64,000 nucleotides of DNA, taken from NCBI GenBank assembly GCA_951406725.2, contig OX597820.1, positions 52,142,001 through 52,206,000 of the forward strand. The letters are read 5' to 3'. Every line of letters starts with the position of its first letter. The stretch's first letter is position 1. Below, in pieces: positions 14,214-30,209 of the stretch. The notes under the pieces were generated by a model. That model was not told the DNA's origin. It saw nothing but the letters and a program-made list of their open reading frames with translations, and ran no database searches. The stretch comes from Octopus vulgaris. Its lineage: Eukaryota. Made by a program: the position numbers and the translations under genes.

Positions 14214-14871
14214 TCATAATATACGCATACAAATAGACATACGTACATACATACATGCCTACATACATCATACTTACATACGTACGTACGTACGTGCATA
14301 CTTATTTCTATTATAGCGATTATTTTTGTTTATAGCTTCTTGACTGAAATGCCTTTCGCCTGAAGTTTAGCATTAAAACGGAAACTGAATTTCTCTACCC
14401 ATCTCTATATCTTCGGTTACGAATAGCATCAATCATTATATACTTCCTTGCTATAGAATACGAATTTTCAACATCTTCTTTCAGCTGCTAGAGCCTGGCA
14501 AGTGAGTAAGTGGGCCCCGTTTGTAGCTACGTATTTCAGTTGAACATCGGACAATCATACAATTAACAAACCTTGAAGAAATATAGAATCATATCAAGCT
14601 GTATACTTTCATAAACACTTATGTATGATATTTTAAAAGCAATTCTTGTAAACCATCTCATTTCTCAGTAGATCCTCTTTAAATAACGCAAATAATAATC
14701 TGAATGAAAGATTGCAATGAAAAATACGCAAATTTTCAAGAAAATTTTATGATCATCCACAGGACCACATAATCTGAGAGGAGGAAATATATACATATAG
14801 ACCCATATAATCATATAAATTTCAAGGAAAGAAACACAAGATGAGAAAGTTAAACCAACATACATGCAGCG

Positions 14872-15018
14872 TTACTCATTTTTGCCAGTTGAGTGGACTA
14901 GAATAACGTGAAATGAAGTGTTTTACTCAAGAACACAACGCGTCGCCCTGTCCAGGAATTGAAATCACAATCTTACGACCATGATGCGGACACGCTAACC
15001 ACTAAGACACGCGCCTCC
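14872..15018 (-). mobile_element. tRNA-derived SINE family C, 5' part
   Basis: Reverse complement begins GGAGGCGCGTGTCTTAGTGGTTAGCG with a degenerate B-box; related to the 39848 and 29687 copies. Confidence 0.8.
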
Positions 15019-15994
15019 ACGTATGTGAAGATAGATGTACATAAATTACTGAATGTGAACTGAAGACATAAGGATCAAGAATGCAAACTGAACGAAGAGA
15101 ATAATTATTGAAACAAAATGATCTTAGCATGATCCAATACACAGCGGAGGTTACTCTGCATTTTCATTAATATACACACATTGATACATTTATCTTCGTC
15201 ACTTCACCTCATATTTCTTATTACAAAGTTACGTTATGCTTTTGTGTACGTATCTATGTGTATACGTATTTATAATTATATATATATATGTATATCTATC
15301 TATCCATCATCTATCTATCTATCGCACGCACACGCACACACACATACATATATACGTATGTAGACATATTCGTATGATGCTTTGGTGTGTGTTTTGATGA
15401 AAACTGTTTATCTCTCAGTATTTTGCTGTTTCTTTTATCGAAAACAAATTTCTTGCAAACGTAAATAAGTCTGGCAGAACGAATAAAATTCTTTCTTTCA
15501 GCTGTTTCTCTTTCATATGGCCTTGTTAACTGTTACCTTCAATCATCCAAATAACCTTGTGCCCTGTGTGTCTGCATTTTCGGTGTTTCTAAAGAAAGGA
15601 AATACTAGGCAGAGCTGTATATCGACGCATTCGAAATGATCTGTGACAAATACAAACTGTTTACATTCTGTTCTGGAGCAGGTGTCAGTTTAGGTCAAGA
15701 AATCCAGACTGCAGGCAGTCTTAGATGCATTATATCAGGATAACTCATCTGGGATAGGTAAAGCGTCAGATGGAAATACATTAGAAGTATATAGGTAGAT
15801 TTTCATATCTACCTTTAACAGTAGCTACAAAACTCACAAAAGCTGACTAAAGCTCACACCACTATTTCAGAAAATCCACTGATTAATTACAAATGCGAGA
15901 GAAAAATCCATCAAATGTTAGCACTTGCCTAAAACTAGTATAATTAACGAGATATAAAATTCCTTATAGCGTTGGATAGAATATTGGGGCGTAC

Positions 15995-16385
15995 AAGGGT
16001 GGTGAAGTGACGGAAACGTTTGCACGCCGGGTGGAACGCATAGCGATAATTGGTCTGCCGTTACATTCTGAGTTCAAATTCCGCTGAGGTCGACTTTGCC
16101 TTTCATCCTTTCGGGGTCGAGTAAATAAGTACCAATTACGCACTGGGGGTCGATATAATCGACTTAACCCTTTTTGTATGTCCTTGTTTGTCCTCTCTAT
16201 GTTTATCCCCATGTGGGTTGTAAAGAATTAGGTAATTCGTCTGTCTCTACGTTCTGAGTTCAAACTTCGCCGAGGTCGACTTTACTTTTCATCCTTTCGG
16301 GGTCGATAAGTTAAGTACCTGTTGCGTACTGGGATCGCTCTAATCGTCCCCTCCAGAAAATTCGGGCTTTATGCTTAGAGCAGAA
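15995..16385 (+). mobile_element. SINE family A, dimeric copy
   Basis: Two tandem GTTCTGAGTTCAAA...GAGGTCGACTTT.C.TTTCATCCTTTCGGGGTCGA units. Confidence 0.9.
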
Positions 16386-17176
16386 ATATTGGTGGTTCCA
16401 TCGAGATGAGCCCAAAGCCTTAAAAGATAAGGAAATATTAGTCAAAATGTCTCTCTTTATCCCTTTATTTCTCTTGTCTTCTCTCCCTCTCTCTTTCTCT
16501 CACTATCTGCGCCTCGGCCGGCCTTCGTCTCTATTTGTCTGTGTGTGTCTCCACCACCCCCTCTCTCTCTCTCTCTCTCTCTTTCTTTGCCCGTTTCGAA
16601 GAAATCGGTTATATTCAGAATTTCTATGTAAATGGCGACAACAGTTTTAAAATAACAAAACACTCTGACTGAGAAACAACTTCATGGTAGATCCCTTACG
16701 TTTAAAAAGGGTCAACAAGAAATAACTTCAGTTGAAAACCAAACTATTTAACTAATGAAACATAAAGCAATTATATCAGTTAATCAGTACTAGTTCGAGG
16801 ACAAATAAATAGCAGTAAAACATCATATAATAAATCCATTCGAACAATTAAAATCTTTTATAGATCACTGGTTCGGTGCCAAAGTCATAAATCAAAATTT
16901 TCTGATAAACAATATGCTTAATAAAATCGTAAATGAAATAAACTCCTGGCAACATTACGCCAAATGACTAAGGTTATTTTATTTCCGTTTCTATTGATGT
17001 TGGAAAGCGCAAGAGTATCATATTTCAGGTATCTCTAAGAATGTATAGCAATAGTTATATATCAAAATTTACTGAAGCAAAATAAGGCAACAGGCACTAA
17101 CTTACTAACATTCATGCGCAATGACTCATACATGCGCGTGTGCACGCAAAGTCGCACAGACCAACGCATACACACG

Positions 17177-17230
<54 letters not shown>

Positions 17231-17296
17231 AATATATATATGTCATTATAACTTGGTGGTTTCTATCTTAGATTTAATATATGTATATATCTATCA

Positions 17297-17396
<100 letters not shown>

Positions 17397-18034
17397 GCAC
17401 AGGCAGAAACACAGACATTTGTACACACACACATATGTATGTATATATATACTACTCCAACATGGCCGCAGTCAAACGGTGGAAACAAGTAAAGAATAAA
17501 ACTATATATGTATATATTAACATATGCGTATATGTATACATATATACATACATTTATATATATATATATATATGTGTGTGTGTGAGTGTGTGTGTGTATG
17601 TGTTTGTGTGTGTGTGTGTGTGTGTATGCATATAGATACATACATATACATATTTATAAATATAAAAATATATAAATATGTAAGTTTATGTGTGTATGTG
17701 CGTGTGAGTGACAGTGCGTACATGAAAGGAGTTCGAAATACATCATTATAAATACAAAGATGGACATTATATCGGAATATACTCACTGCATGCAGATGTT
17801 ACATTTCTGATTTAATTGTCATATCAGTGAAAGCAATCATCAACTCAGTATTGATGAAAAGTTGTTAATGAAATTACGAATATCTAGTAATTACTTTTCT
17901 GTACATTGCCGTTAGTGTTATGAAATTTCATGTTATGTACGATCAATAAAAATTAACTGCTACATATTAAGAAATATAATCTCCATGCTTAATACGTGAT
18001 CGCTAATTTGTTCATGAATCCCTTAATATCTAAT

Positions 18035-18109
<75 letters not shown>

Positions 18110-18127
18110 ATCTAAATTCATCTCTCT

Positions 18128-18178
<51 letters not shown>

Positions 18179-18774
18179 TGTATGTATGTATGTGCGTATG
18201 TATGAAAAATGGTCAAATCTGGAGTGGGGGACACAATCAATGCATTTGATGTCTATAGCCTATGATTGGAATTGGTGTAGATAATATATCGTCTAAATAC
18301 GTGTACGTCGTCGTCCACAAGATAAATGCATTCATGGATATTATACGAACCTATGAATCTTGTACTTTATTAATGATTCCTAAATTCGATGGTTTAAACG
18401 AGGTGGTTTTATTAAAGTCTATCACACACGACTTTTATATGTGTATCTCTGTTTGCGCGGGCTTATGTGCTTAAGGCGTGGTCTATATGATTCATAGGAA
18501 GAGACTATCTAAGAATATATGAGATAGTTAAAATTTTCATCAGTAGTAAAAGGCTTTCCACTTATATATTAAAAATATGATTCGCACATATATGGTCTCT
18601 CAAAGGATATTCAATTTAAAAGGAAAGGAAATAAATGAAACTATCATACGCTATGAGATTAATGACCATCTTCATAAATGTTTGCTATCCTTAATTTCCT
18701 TATTCAGCATTTGTAATTCATAAAAGGAAATTTCAAATATCATATTGGTTTCACATGTTGGCAAAAGGCCAAGA

Positions 18775-19408
18775 TTCAACAGCTACCTGTGTTATGGAAC
18801 GTCGAAAGCATGAACGGCGGAATTTGAACTCAGAACGTATAGAAATGGAAGAAATGCCGCTTTTCATTCTGTCCAGCGTGCTAACAATACTGGCAGCCCA
18901 ACGCCTTAAGTTCAAATATACCCTTTACCTTTTTGTTGTTTCAGTCATTAGATTGCGACCATGCAGGAGTACAGGATTGAAAAATTTTAAGTCGAATCTT
19001 TCAACTCCAGTACTTATTTTCCAAAACATGATACCTATTCTATCGGTCTCTTTTGCGGAACCACTAGGCTACAGGGACATAAACGCACCAGACCTGGCTG
19101 TCTCGCTGTAGTGGGGGACAGACACAAAGGGAAGCAAACACACATACACAGGCACACACACACACTCACACACAGGCATACACACACACACACACAGCAA
19201 ACACACACAAACATGCACACATGCACATATATATACTTGCGACGGGCTTTTTTCAGTTCCCTTCTAAAATATCCAATCACAAGGCTTTGGTCGGACCGAG
19301 GTTATAGCTGAAAAAACTTGCCCACGTTGCCAAACGGTAGTACTGAACTTCGAACCATGCGGTTAGGAAGCAAGCGTCTTACAACACACACAGGCTCGCC
19401 TGCGCCTG
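18775..19408 (-). mobile_element. SINE family A head (~18775-18908) followed by an essentially full-length family B SINE (~18930-19408)
   Basis: GGAATTTGAACTCAGAACGT = reverse complement of the family A B-box; the remainder is colinear with 52585-52979, including the internal (CA)n. Confidence 0.8.
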
Positions 19409-22400
19409 TATTATGTTAAATTACCTTGCATGCAAATCCTTTTTTAGTATACTCTTTGAAAGACAACTGTGTTTTCTTGAGCGAGACTGTGTTATCAACA
19501 GTGAGGAGAGAATGACCCGAGTGAGGAGTATTTCGGTAAATAATCAACGAATTAATTCACTAATATTTGGCATTTCCAGACCATTTTGTTGTAGAGCATT
19601 ACTTGAAGGAAAATATATAACTTAAACTCTGTGTATAAATTTGCACTGTCCAAACATTGTTCACACTTATCTTTTCCCTTGCAATAAAGTGAAATTTTTA
19701 AATTATATTTTACCTAGACAAATAAACGTATTCTTGAAAAAAGATGAGATTTTATGCAGTATTTCTTACTGCTTGTAATAGTATTCAATTATACTTTAAA
19801 GCACACCCTATCATTTGAAACATAACGGGATATACCATGCACAAAAAAAATCCTGGTAGTAAGTAGTAAATGCTTTATCTCAAGATCAACTTGATTAAGT
19901 CTATCATGGAACTACACAATAAACTTTATCATCGAAGAAAACTATTAATTTTTCCCTGGCTGTCTAACAGTAATTATTATATGGTGTGAACACTAAAGCT
20001 CAAGATGTGGAACTACTTGATAATTTTAAAATATTAATAATGTATTATATAAGATTATTATTGTTCTAATTGCATGCCGATATAATTATCTTCATTAAAG
20101 ACTGAGTAGTTGTCATTGACAATTGAAAGACGGTCATTCAACGTCATGATTTAATCAGCTATCTCCGTTTCGTTAAGTAATAGATAAAAAAAAAATGTAC
20201 ATTCTAATTAGATAGAAATTGAAAAGCAGAACAGATCTGAGCCTTCATAGAAGAAAACGAATCTGCTTAAATAAAATACGAATAAGAGAAAACAAGTATG
20301 GTTTATTTGAAGTATTTAATGATGCAAAAAATACGCTGACGGACACGATGGATATATTATCTATGAAACGTGCGATATTGGAGAATTTTAAATTTTACGG
20401 ATTAAGATATGCAGTATCACATTATATGTTTGTAGTTAGTGTCAATCAGAGCGAGGGAAAGCTTTGTCAATATTTCGTAGACACGTAGAATATATTGACT
20501 TTACAAGTCGGTTTCTAGTTTTCTCTTTATAGCTTATCTTTTATCTGTGAGGCTAAAATATTTACATGTATTGAAAGTGAAGGGAGAGGCAAGATAAGAA
20601 AAAAAAAATTCCTACTAAATAGCAATTAGTGGAATAGTCAAAAGACATAAAATATAAAAACCAACAACTTAATTAATAAACACGCAAATCTTTAAGAAGT
20701 GAATCTATGATAACGACTATAACAAGTATCAGGCGTGTGAATTTAGACATATGATTATATAGATAATACAATTTAGGATTTTAATTAGGAAAATGATCGA
20801 TATGGCAGCTATATACGCTTTCGCTCAATACCATAGCGTTTCCTCCACTAGTATTGTACATTGACACATTTTTCAGTTTATTAGTCTTTTTCATCCCTGC
20901 CGCCGTTAATGCCATCATCACTACCACTCTCATCAACATCACAAACACTCTCCCTATCACTTCCATCATCACCACCACAATCACCACCACCACCATGACC
21001 ACCGTTATTGTTGTTATCATCATTGTTGTCATTATTATCATTACGAATGGGAGAATTATCAAAATACCTGTTGATATCTTAATATCTTTACAGATAATTG
21101 TTTTTTGGGCTTTCTTTTCCAGATATTTCACATAGCCTCAAATCTATAAATGGATTTTAGAATCCCGGTAAAACGAATTCATCAAACTTGGCTATCTTAT
21201 TTCTAGATCTTCATAAATACCTCTCATACTTACGTACCGAAATATGATCTATCTGAATATTCTATCAAGCAAGTTATATTCGTTCATCAACAATAGATTT
21301 TCACATTTAGTCTTTTTTCTTTATTTATCGCAATGATGCATTCACAAAGGATCTGCAGAAAACTTCCAGAGTAATGGATACATGTTGATAAAATAGTCCT
21401 CGTTTCAAAATGTTGGAATGAAGTTACGATATATTTGATCGAGCACCTGTTGTATCAGGGTTCGGATGGTTAAGAAAAAAATAGCGACATCAATAAAATG
21501 TGATTTTCAGTACATTTGACCTATATTTACTAGGTACTGCCTTAATCCCCACTCCTTCACTCATATCTCATATTTGTTCGAGCCCACATATATTCGCCGA
21601 TTGAGAATGTACATCCTGTCACTATTCACTATACTGGATACATGACATTAGACTTCAACATCATGGCTGACAACAATATCGTCTGAAAGGTCTGGAACAA
21701 TATTAGTATTTCCTACAAAACTCTCACATAGATTCCAATATCTTATGGAGTTCAGGGATCTTTTATACATTTACGGCACAGTCATATATTAATAGTTCCT
21801 ATATACCAATACTAACTTAATATGCTCCAAACCACTTTTCCAACAAGTTGCTCTATTTTAATTATTACGTATCTAGCTGTGCGACATATATCAATATTGT
21901 ATTACATGCATGTTGAAACTACATTTAATCGTATTTTACTCTGTTTAAATTCTAAGCTCATAGAGTGCACCATTCGTCTATATTTAGTTAACTACGCTGC
22001 CTGTCTAGCAAGATTATTATTAGAATTGACTGGAACTTGAGTTCTGCAGGTAGCCATTTAGGTATGAATGCGTAACATTCGTTCTTTTCATGAGATAAGA
22101 GAATAGATTCATGTTTTCCTATGAATTGAAGCACTACAATATACAAACTTTAGCTATGCCAAGTGATAATTCAGTTTTCAAAATACGAAAAATCACAATA
22201 TTCCCTAAGCAATTTGGATTAGGTGCGATGTGATATTTATATACATTGGGCACAAATATAACACAACAAAGTAACCTCTCAGTGCCAATAAATAGGAACA
22301 TTTTGAATTCTGGGATTATATTATGTTGAGAATGTTGAAAAACACGCAACAGGTTTGTGGGTACTCCACTGAGCCCAACGCCATAAAAGAAATTTTATCG

Positions 22401-25400
22401 AATATTCAATCTATTACACTAAGTATAATGAATGTTACATTCAACAGTAAACAATCATTTCAGAATACAGCCCATCAAATATTAAAGATCATGCGATGAA
22501 ACAATTTCATTATGATATAACAGAATCATAAAAATCCATTCCAAATTATAATTTAATTATGAATGGAGTAGACATGAATACACGGATTGGATAATTAGAT
22601 TCAAGAGCAGGAACATAAATTCTTGAAAAGGTACATCAATCCAGCTGTAAATATTGTCTTCAGAACACAATTAAAGGTATAATGATTTCGAAGAAGATAT
22701 GTATAGTTAATGAGAACATTGTAAATTCTATGATATTCCATACCATATTGCGTAGAAGTTTGTGAAGGTATCACGGACAAAAGACTCAAATCCCCAGTAA
22801 GGAATTGTACTCAACATCTCATCACATCACTGATATGTTCTTCAAGCTGATATTTCTAGGCTTTCTAACGAACAAATTTCTTTCTATACTGCATTAGTAT
22901 TAATGGCTACGCAAAGACTTAAGTTCTACTGGCGATGATTTAGCAGATTTGTTAGAATATCGGATGATGTACGTGGAATTAACTTGGTGGTGGTGGTGGG
23001 GGCGGGGCTTCCATTTTCTTGACGTTGATAAATTAAGCACCAGTTTAGTATGGTGAAAAGGGTTTTTAGATGAGTGTTGAGTTAGATACACCAGGATTGT
23101 TATTAATATTTCCGTTCTGAGTTCAAATCCCGGCGTAGCCTAGTTGGGTAGAAAGCATGTAATTACTCATCTGTTTTAACACCACATCTCATCGTTGGGA
23201 GGTTTCAAGGTGTCCACTCTTCTGCGAGTATCTATATTGAAAGTACTTTCCTCCTACCTTTTCACAGACTTCAAACCCCTAAAAACAGTCTATTTGTATA
23301 AGGATCTCCTCTCCGGCCTCAGCCATATGATATCCCGGGGTATAGCTGCCACATGCCTTCTCCACCGAAATAACACTCAACCAGTAATGTGTCATACATT
23401 GATATATCGACGTCACAATACAAATATCATTTTGGATAAGTTCGTTTCGAATGGCAATATGACATTAAATTACTTAAATTATAAAACAAATGTTGTTATT
23501 GCTGGTTCTGAAACTTGTCTTTCTTTCCACAAGCCATACTTATATAAGACACTTGAATGTGTCATACATATTTGGTGGGCTCTATATCCAATTGCCACAA
23601 AAATAAATCCCATATGACAAGTCTCCAGCCTGATACTGTTTGATAAGTAGCCTCTAGGTCAAGATTCACCTAGTAATCTCATGACCTAGCGGCAACGTAC
23701 TTTCAACCGGCTCGTCATTTTTTCAAGCAGTGTACAATATCATTCGATACATCTTTCTATTTTCACAAAACGAGTGAGCGAATTTTAAGTCAAATTAAAC
23801 TCTCTTCTCTAGCAAGTTGAGCAACAGCTTTGAAGGTTCTTCGTTGGCTATTCCTCAGACACGGAGATAAGACTGCTCACATTTTCCAAAGTCTAGGAAA
23901 ATGTCTTTTGTTTCACTTGTTAATCATCTCTTTTATTCCAATTTATTTACACCTAGCAATAACAATCGATAACAATACTTTGATACCAAGAAATGAATGC
24001 AAAAAAGAATATTTTTAGATATTTGAAGGCTAGATGAAATAGAGCAAAATATTTTTCTTACCATTTAGAGCACAGTTTTTGCCTAAAATTTTATAGTTAC
24101 TGCATCTAATAGTGTACTGATACACAATCCTTCTATTTGCATTTTTATTACATTTATGTCTATGGAAACATGTACAAGTTTAACAATACTAATCACTAGA
24201 ATTTTATTTGCTGTATGTGTATAACGAATAGCTGTAGCACAATTTAGGTCACTCAAATCGAACTTCAGTTTCAGTCATCTTAAGAGAATAATTCCAATAC
24301 AAGCAACTACTTTTAATACGTGTATGTCTATCGTTTAATTATATTTTCCGACAATGAAACCCACTATGCAAGTAAGTTTGGTAATTTCATGTTTAGGGGA
24401 AATAATTGAAATAAAAAGTTCTATAAATACGCAAATGTCATTATGTAGCTGTCATTTACAGTGAATCATATAACATTGAGTGTTTTCTTTTATATTTTAA
24501 TTGGCTCCGATTTATAACTGCTTAAAGTATTTCTTCTTTGTATTTCTTATCATATGATATCCTAAATGCATTCAGCTTGTTATTTTCTTTTATTTTCCTG
24601 ATTTATAATTTAATGTTTATAAATTGATTAGATTTAACTTGACTGTGCCAATCCTTCTGTGTTTTATATATCAAAAACTACATTTATTCAGTACCCAATT
24701 AAGGTATTAAAAACAATGTTGGGTGCAGGATGTATCACATGACGTGAAACGTGATACCGAGGCAATCGTCTTAGTATCCGTTGAACGATGTAATAGATTA
24801 ATGAAGTAAGTCATTCATGTAATCTGTAGATGAAGCTTTTATTACAACCAAGACAGATAGCATTAAAATTAGTAACATTAATAGTATTAGTAGTAAATTG
24901 AATTCTGGAGATAATGAGTGTATTAATTAAACTTCAAATTACTTTGGATTTCAAGATCTTTGTTTTAGTGAACGAAGAAAAGCAATTACTAATTTTATGA
25001 GGAGCTGGAAGCATTCAATTTTCTTTCAACAATATATGCTGTATAATTAATTTAACACCACAAACTTGCTTACACAGACTAACATTTGGACTTCTACACA
25101 TACATAGCAACATGTAGGAACAGGTGTGTATGTTAGTGGAATGTTCGTTATAATGGATGATTTTATATATCAATTAAAAGCTACTTTTTATTTTTTTCAA
25201 ATTCTAAACATTTCTCTGGTGGATTATATGGATTACCATACGAGAAACCTTCGAAAGAACTGATTTTTAGTAATTTAGATTAGTACTTTATATGAGTAGT
25301 TATTATGGTTCTGATATCCAAGCAGTTCCAAGATTTTCATTTCAGTGTGTCCATACATGCAGACTTGCAAAAGTAAAACATACCAGTAAAGGTATAGAAG

Positions 25401-25875
25401 CTATATCGAACAATCCCTCCAAGAATCTTGTGAATATACAATCATATTGAATTATGAACGGGGAGGAGAGAGAGTTTAGGGTGGGGAAATGCGAAGAAAA
25501 TGTTGTACAAATAAACTGAGATATTTCATATAAGAAATTCCCACAGTTTAAAATTATTACTGGACGGAACACGCATATAACTGCTAAAGTGACTGCAGTT
25601 CGTAAAGCACATACTTTTTCTAGTTGCGGCCAATGAAAAATTCAGGATGATCCCATGTACAATTCTCAAACTTGTAAATGAAGTATCTGAGGATACATGT
25701 AATTCAAATTAAATATTCCATGGTGAAAATCTAGCTAAATAACTTCTGAACAAGATAGATCGAATTTCAGAATCCAATCCTTCCAAAATGTAACCGAATG
25801 CTTCGATCATGTCATTCTACTGAGGATTTATTGTATATCTAATAAGAATATATACCAAAAAGTATACATAAATAC

Positions 25876-25942
<67 letters not shown>

Positions 25943-27695
25943 AATACATGCATAAATACATACATTGATACCTTAATAACATTTTGTTTATTTGGACATT
26001 AATTCTTTGGCATTCCTCTTACGAAAATCCACTGTTTATTCGATGAGTCTACAATATGTAGACACCACTACAAACCAAAATTGCTTTTTGTATGAGCCCT
26101 AAAATTCTATACTAGCAAAATATCTACAACACTAAGAAACATCTGTATTTCTTATAGATGTAGTGTATAGGTCAAGAAATTAAATGTGTTGTACAGTATC
26201 TGATAATTTAACGCTGAAAATCTATCCTAGAAAATGATAGAAATTCTAAGTTGTAAATATCTAGGTATTGATGGAAATATATGGTACAAATATGATGTAA
26301 ACAAAGCTAGAATAACCACCGTTATTATGCTGAACTTCAATACATAAGGCATAAACATTCTTGCAAACGCAATATCCCGCAATCCATTTTCAGAACTAAT
26401 ACCAGAACGTATAATACTTCGGTGTTCTGTAGTGAAAACCTCGTTATAGTATACAGATATTTATCAAATTTTAGAACTGGGTTGTCGATATGTAATTTTA
26501 TGTTCATGGAATATCTTCTTAAATGCTCTTTCAATTTAAAAAAATTTTTTTTTTTCGAATTTAACAAGTCGAAATTCGATGAAATTAATCTCTGCAATAG
26601 TTTTTCCTTATTTTGTGATTTTAGTATTTAAGACAGTTATGTGTAAACTTCCCCTCAGTGCTCAATTAAATATCAGTTAATTAAGGCCAGCAAATGTTCA
26701 GTGATTGTTATTGAGGAGTTGAAATCGCCAATTCAAAAACCTCTGTGTAACTTGACAGCCTGACAGAAGTTTTAGATTTACTCCAATCTATTAATTCTAT
26801 AGTGTTTTTTGTTCTTCTACATATTTGCTTTACGTTGTCAGGAGAAAGAAGCAGTGAGTACAGCTTTTGATGATTCTCATAGAACAATGTGATTAATAAC
26901 ATGGATGTTCCCTTTCGACTTTCTAAATTCATTTCAAACTGACGAATTTGAACTTGAACTAAGAGTGTATTCCAGTGAACCAACGTTTTTAGGTGGATGG
27001 CCAGTACGTAACGATGTGTCAATCCAGAATGGTGAGTGATAACAAGTGTGATGAGATGTGGAGACACAAGAAGAACGCCAAGGCTTGAGTGAAGATGGTA
27101 TTGGGACAGGTAAATTCAACAAACTGACTTCATTATATTAGCAGGGGAAAGTTGAGAAAGGAGACCAGCGTAACTATAATCCAGAGAGTGGTGGTTAGCT
27201 GTGAGTGAACTTCAGCCAAGACAAGGGTCTACCGTGACGGGTTTTAGAGCTATGATGCATTGGACTCTATAGAATATCAATAACTGTAGAGAGCTGAAAC
27301 ATCTGATCATGAAGTAAAGGGTCAATAATGAGGGTGCCGTCTTAGTTGTGTCAAAGATGTTACTTCTCTTACTTCTCCAGTGATCCTTTGTACGGAACAG
27401 ACGCAAGCATTAGTGTAATTCTTCAAGCTGTAGAAGAATTCTGCTCATGATTAAAGGAAAAATTTCCGTGACGATATTTTATGATTGGTTTAGCATTTGT
27501 CTTTTCTTCCTGTTGACAGAAATAACGTAATATGTCTCTATTGCATGATTCATTCCTGATCTTATATCAGATAGTATGGGATTTGGTTCCTTGACTGCGA
27601 GTAGATGGAGAATAGATAGGAATGTCACAGAAAAATGAATGGTGTGATAGGTTTGCTTAGCTTGGGCAACATGAGAACTCATATATGCATTTAGA

Positions 27696-27908
27696 AAGGT
27701 GGCATGTTAGCAGAATTGTTAGCACCTCAGACAAAATGCTTACCGGTATTTCGTCTTTAGGTTTGTAGTTCACATTTCGCCGAGGTCCACTTTGCCTTTT
27801 AATATTTTGCGGTTCGACGGAAAAAAAGTACCAGTTAAGCACTGAGGTCGATGGTAATTGACTTACCCACGAAATAGCTGGCCTTATGCCAACATTTGAA
27901 ATCGATAT
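27696..27908 (+). mobile_element. SINE family A, monomeric diverged copy
   Basis: AAGGTGGCATGTTAGCAGAATTGTTAGCAC head, GAGGTCCACTTTGCCTTT core, GCTGGCCTTATGCCAACATTTGAAA tail. Confidence 0.85.
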
Positions 27909-29686
27909 TTATGGGCATACAATACGTCTTTATCTTGGAAAGTAATTATTACAAAACGACAAAACGCTGCATCTTTGCGCAATGCAAAATGATTGAGGAA
28001 GCAACAGTCATCCCATTTGTAAAGAGCAAATTAGAATAAATTGTAAAATTCTATATTGACAAATAATGCTTGGAACGAGTTTGCTTTCTCTGATTAAAGG
28101 AAAATAAAACCTTAAGGAAATAAGAAGGTATAATGGTGACCATAGGGTCATGGTATACGCACTTATTCTAACATTACACTTATATTTCCACAGAACCTCT
28201 TGAGTGAGAGAAAACATTCTCTGAGAGGAGAAAAGTAGAAAATAAAACTTATACTTACATATGTATATATATATGAAGAAATAAATACATAGGTACATAA
28301 ATAAACGCATACCGCACACGAATGCACGCACGCACGTACACAACCACACATACATACACGCTCATATATATGTATGCATACGTATGTGTGTGTATGTGTG
28401 TGTGTTTATATGTATTTCTTGATTAATATATGAAAGTCGATACCAGCGATTTTATATGTGGCTGTGTATGGCTATGTACGTCTATAAGATTGAGTACATG
28501 AATGATATGTAGGAGGGTAGATGGGGGTGTGAGCGAGTGTTTATGTTACATTCGAAGACATCAATTCTCTAATATGATTGGAAACTAATTCAGTACACAG
28601 AAAACGTATATGTTCGTTTTTATAGCAAATTATATTAATGTGTTGAATTTCAGAAAGTGCAACGATGTGGAATTACAAGTAGACAATAGATTCAGCGGTC
28701 ATCAATGTCTTTAGACGGGTTTTGCGCCTAACATAGACACATTGTGGCCATATATCTTTATATCGATAATTTCTCGGCAAGATATGACTAATGAGAAAAT
28801 TGTTAGTCTGACATATATATGTTGCTATAAAGTATGTGTAAGCTAGTGAAACGTTAATTAATATTATAGAATAACGAGTTGTGTTGCCGATTGATAGGAC
28901 AGTACATATAACAATATATTTCTTTCCAATGTGTATATTTCTAACGTTTTGTCTTGTGTTGTAGTATTGCCATAGTAAACATCGATTTTTCACTCATAGG
29001 GGTCGATAAAACAAGTAATAGTAATATACTGGACATTTTTTTCAATCTAGACTGCTACGTGTAGATGAAACACTATAATGATTCTCTTAACGAAGGAAGA
29101 CATCACGCGCCCTTGAAAATATTCAATAAGAAAAAAAAAATGACAACGCACGTATGAAACATGAACATAAGTATGTGCCATGTATATATACAGGCACGCG
29201 TATGTATTCACAAAGGGAAAGATGGGAAATACATACCTTAAAAATGAAAGCTGTAAACAGGAAAGGTTAAAATATGGAAGAATCGTTCGAGAATTCTACA
29301 TGAATGAATTATCGTTGTCGTTCAACAAATTTCAGCTATGTAGATTTTTTTTTCTTAGAAACCCAACACATATTTGAAAGAAGAATTCAAATGAATAGCA
29401 AACACAAGGAAACTCATAGACGTTACATGTATACATATGTCCATGAGCGGGATGCACGTATGTTTATGTGTGCATGAGTGAACAGGTATTAGGGAACGGA
29501 ACAACTTTACGTGGTAGTAGTTATTCAAATAAAGGAAATCTACATTGCTTGTATAAATACATGTATGTATGTATGTATGCATCTTGATGCACATATGTGT
29601 GTGGACGTATGTATGTATACATAGATATACGTATTCGATATGCATGTACGAATACATGTTGATGTGTATGTGTGCGTGTGTGTGTG

Positions 29687-29824
29687 GGCATCTGGCTTAA
29701 TAGTCATGGTATTCGGCTCACGGTCCGAATTTCATGATTTCTACACACGGCGGTACCTTGTGTCTTTGACTATGATATCTTCTTTCACATTGCCCCAGTC
29801 CATTCAGCTAGCAAAAATGAGTAA
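29687..29824 (+). mobile_element. SINE family C, decayed 5' part
   Basis: Ends CAGTCCATTCAGCTAGCAAAAATGAGTAA, the reverse-complement match of 14872-14900. Confidence 0.65.
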
Positions 29825-29888
29825 TGAATAGTATATTGTGGTTGAAAAACGAAATACGGTGCCTTTACTAGCGATTAATATATGCATG

Positions 29889-29929
<41 letters not shown>

Positions 29930-30209
29930 GTGTGTGTGTGTGTGTGTGTATGTTTTTGTATGTATGTTTTTTTCTTTGTTTATATGTATCAGAATACACT
30001 TTACTTAATTCTTAGGAACAAAGTGATTATAAATGCAAATTATTTCCCAAGAGTCCACTTTACCTATGTATATATACACATATTTATAGTATTCCGTGTG
30101 CTATGCAAGCTGTTCGAGCGAAATCTGACCTAAAAGGAAAAGACAACAAACTATCCCATTCAAAATTGAGAGTATGCTCCAAAAATTAAAAACTTACTGC
30201 TTAGAGATA

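Noticed and set aside
15502-15757. Coding exon between a polypyrimidine-CAG acceptor and an AG|GTAAAG donor
   Set aside because: All three frames contain stops; a non-coding exon cannot be supported without RNA data.
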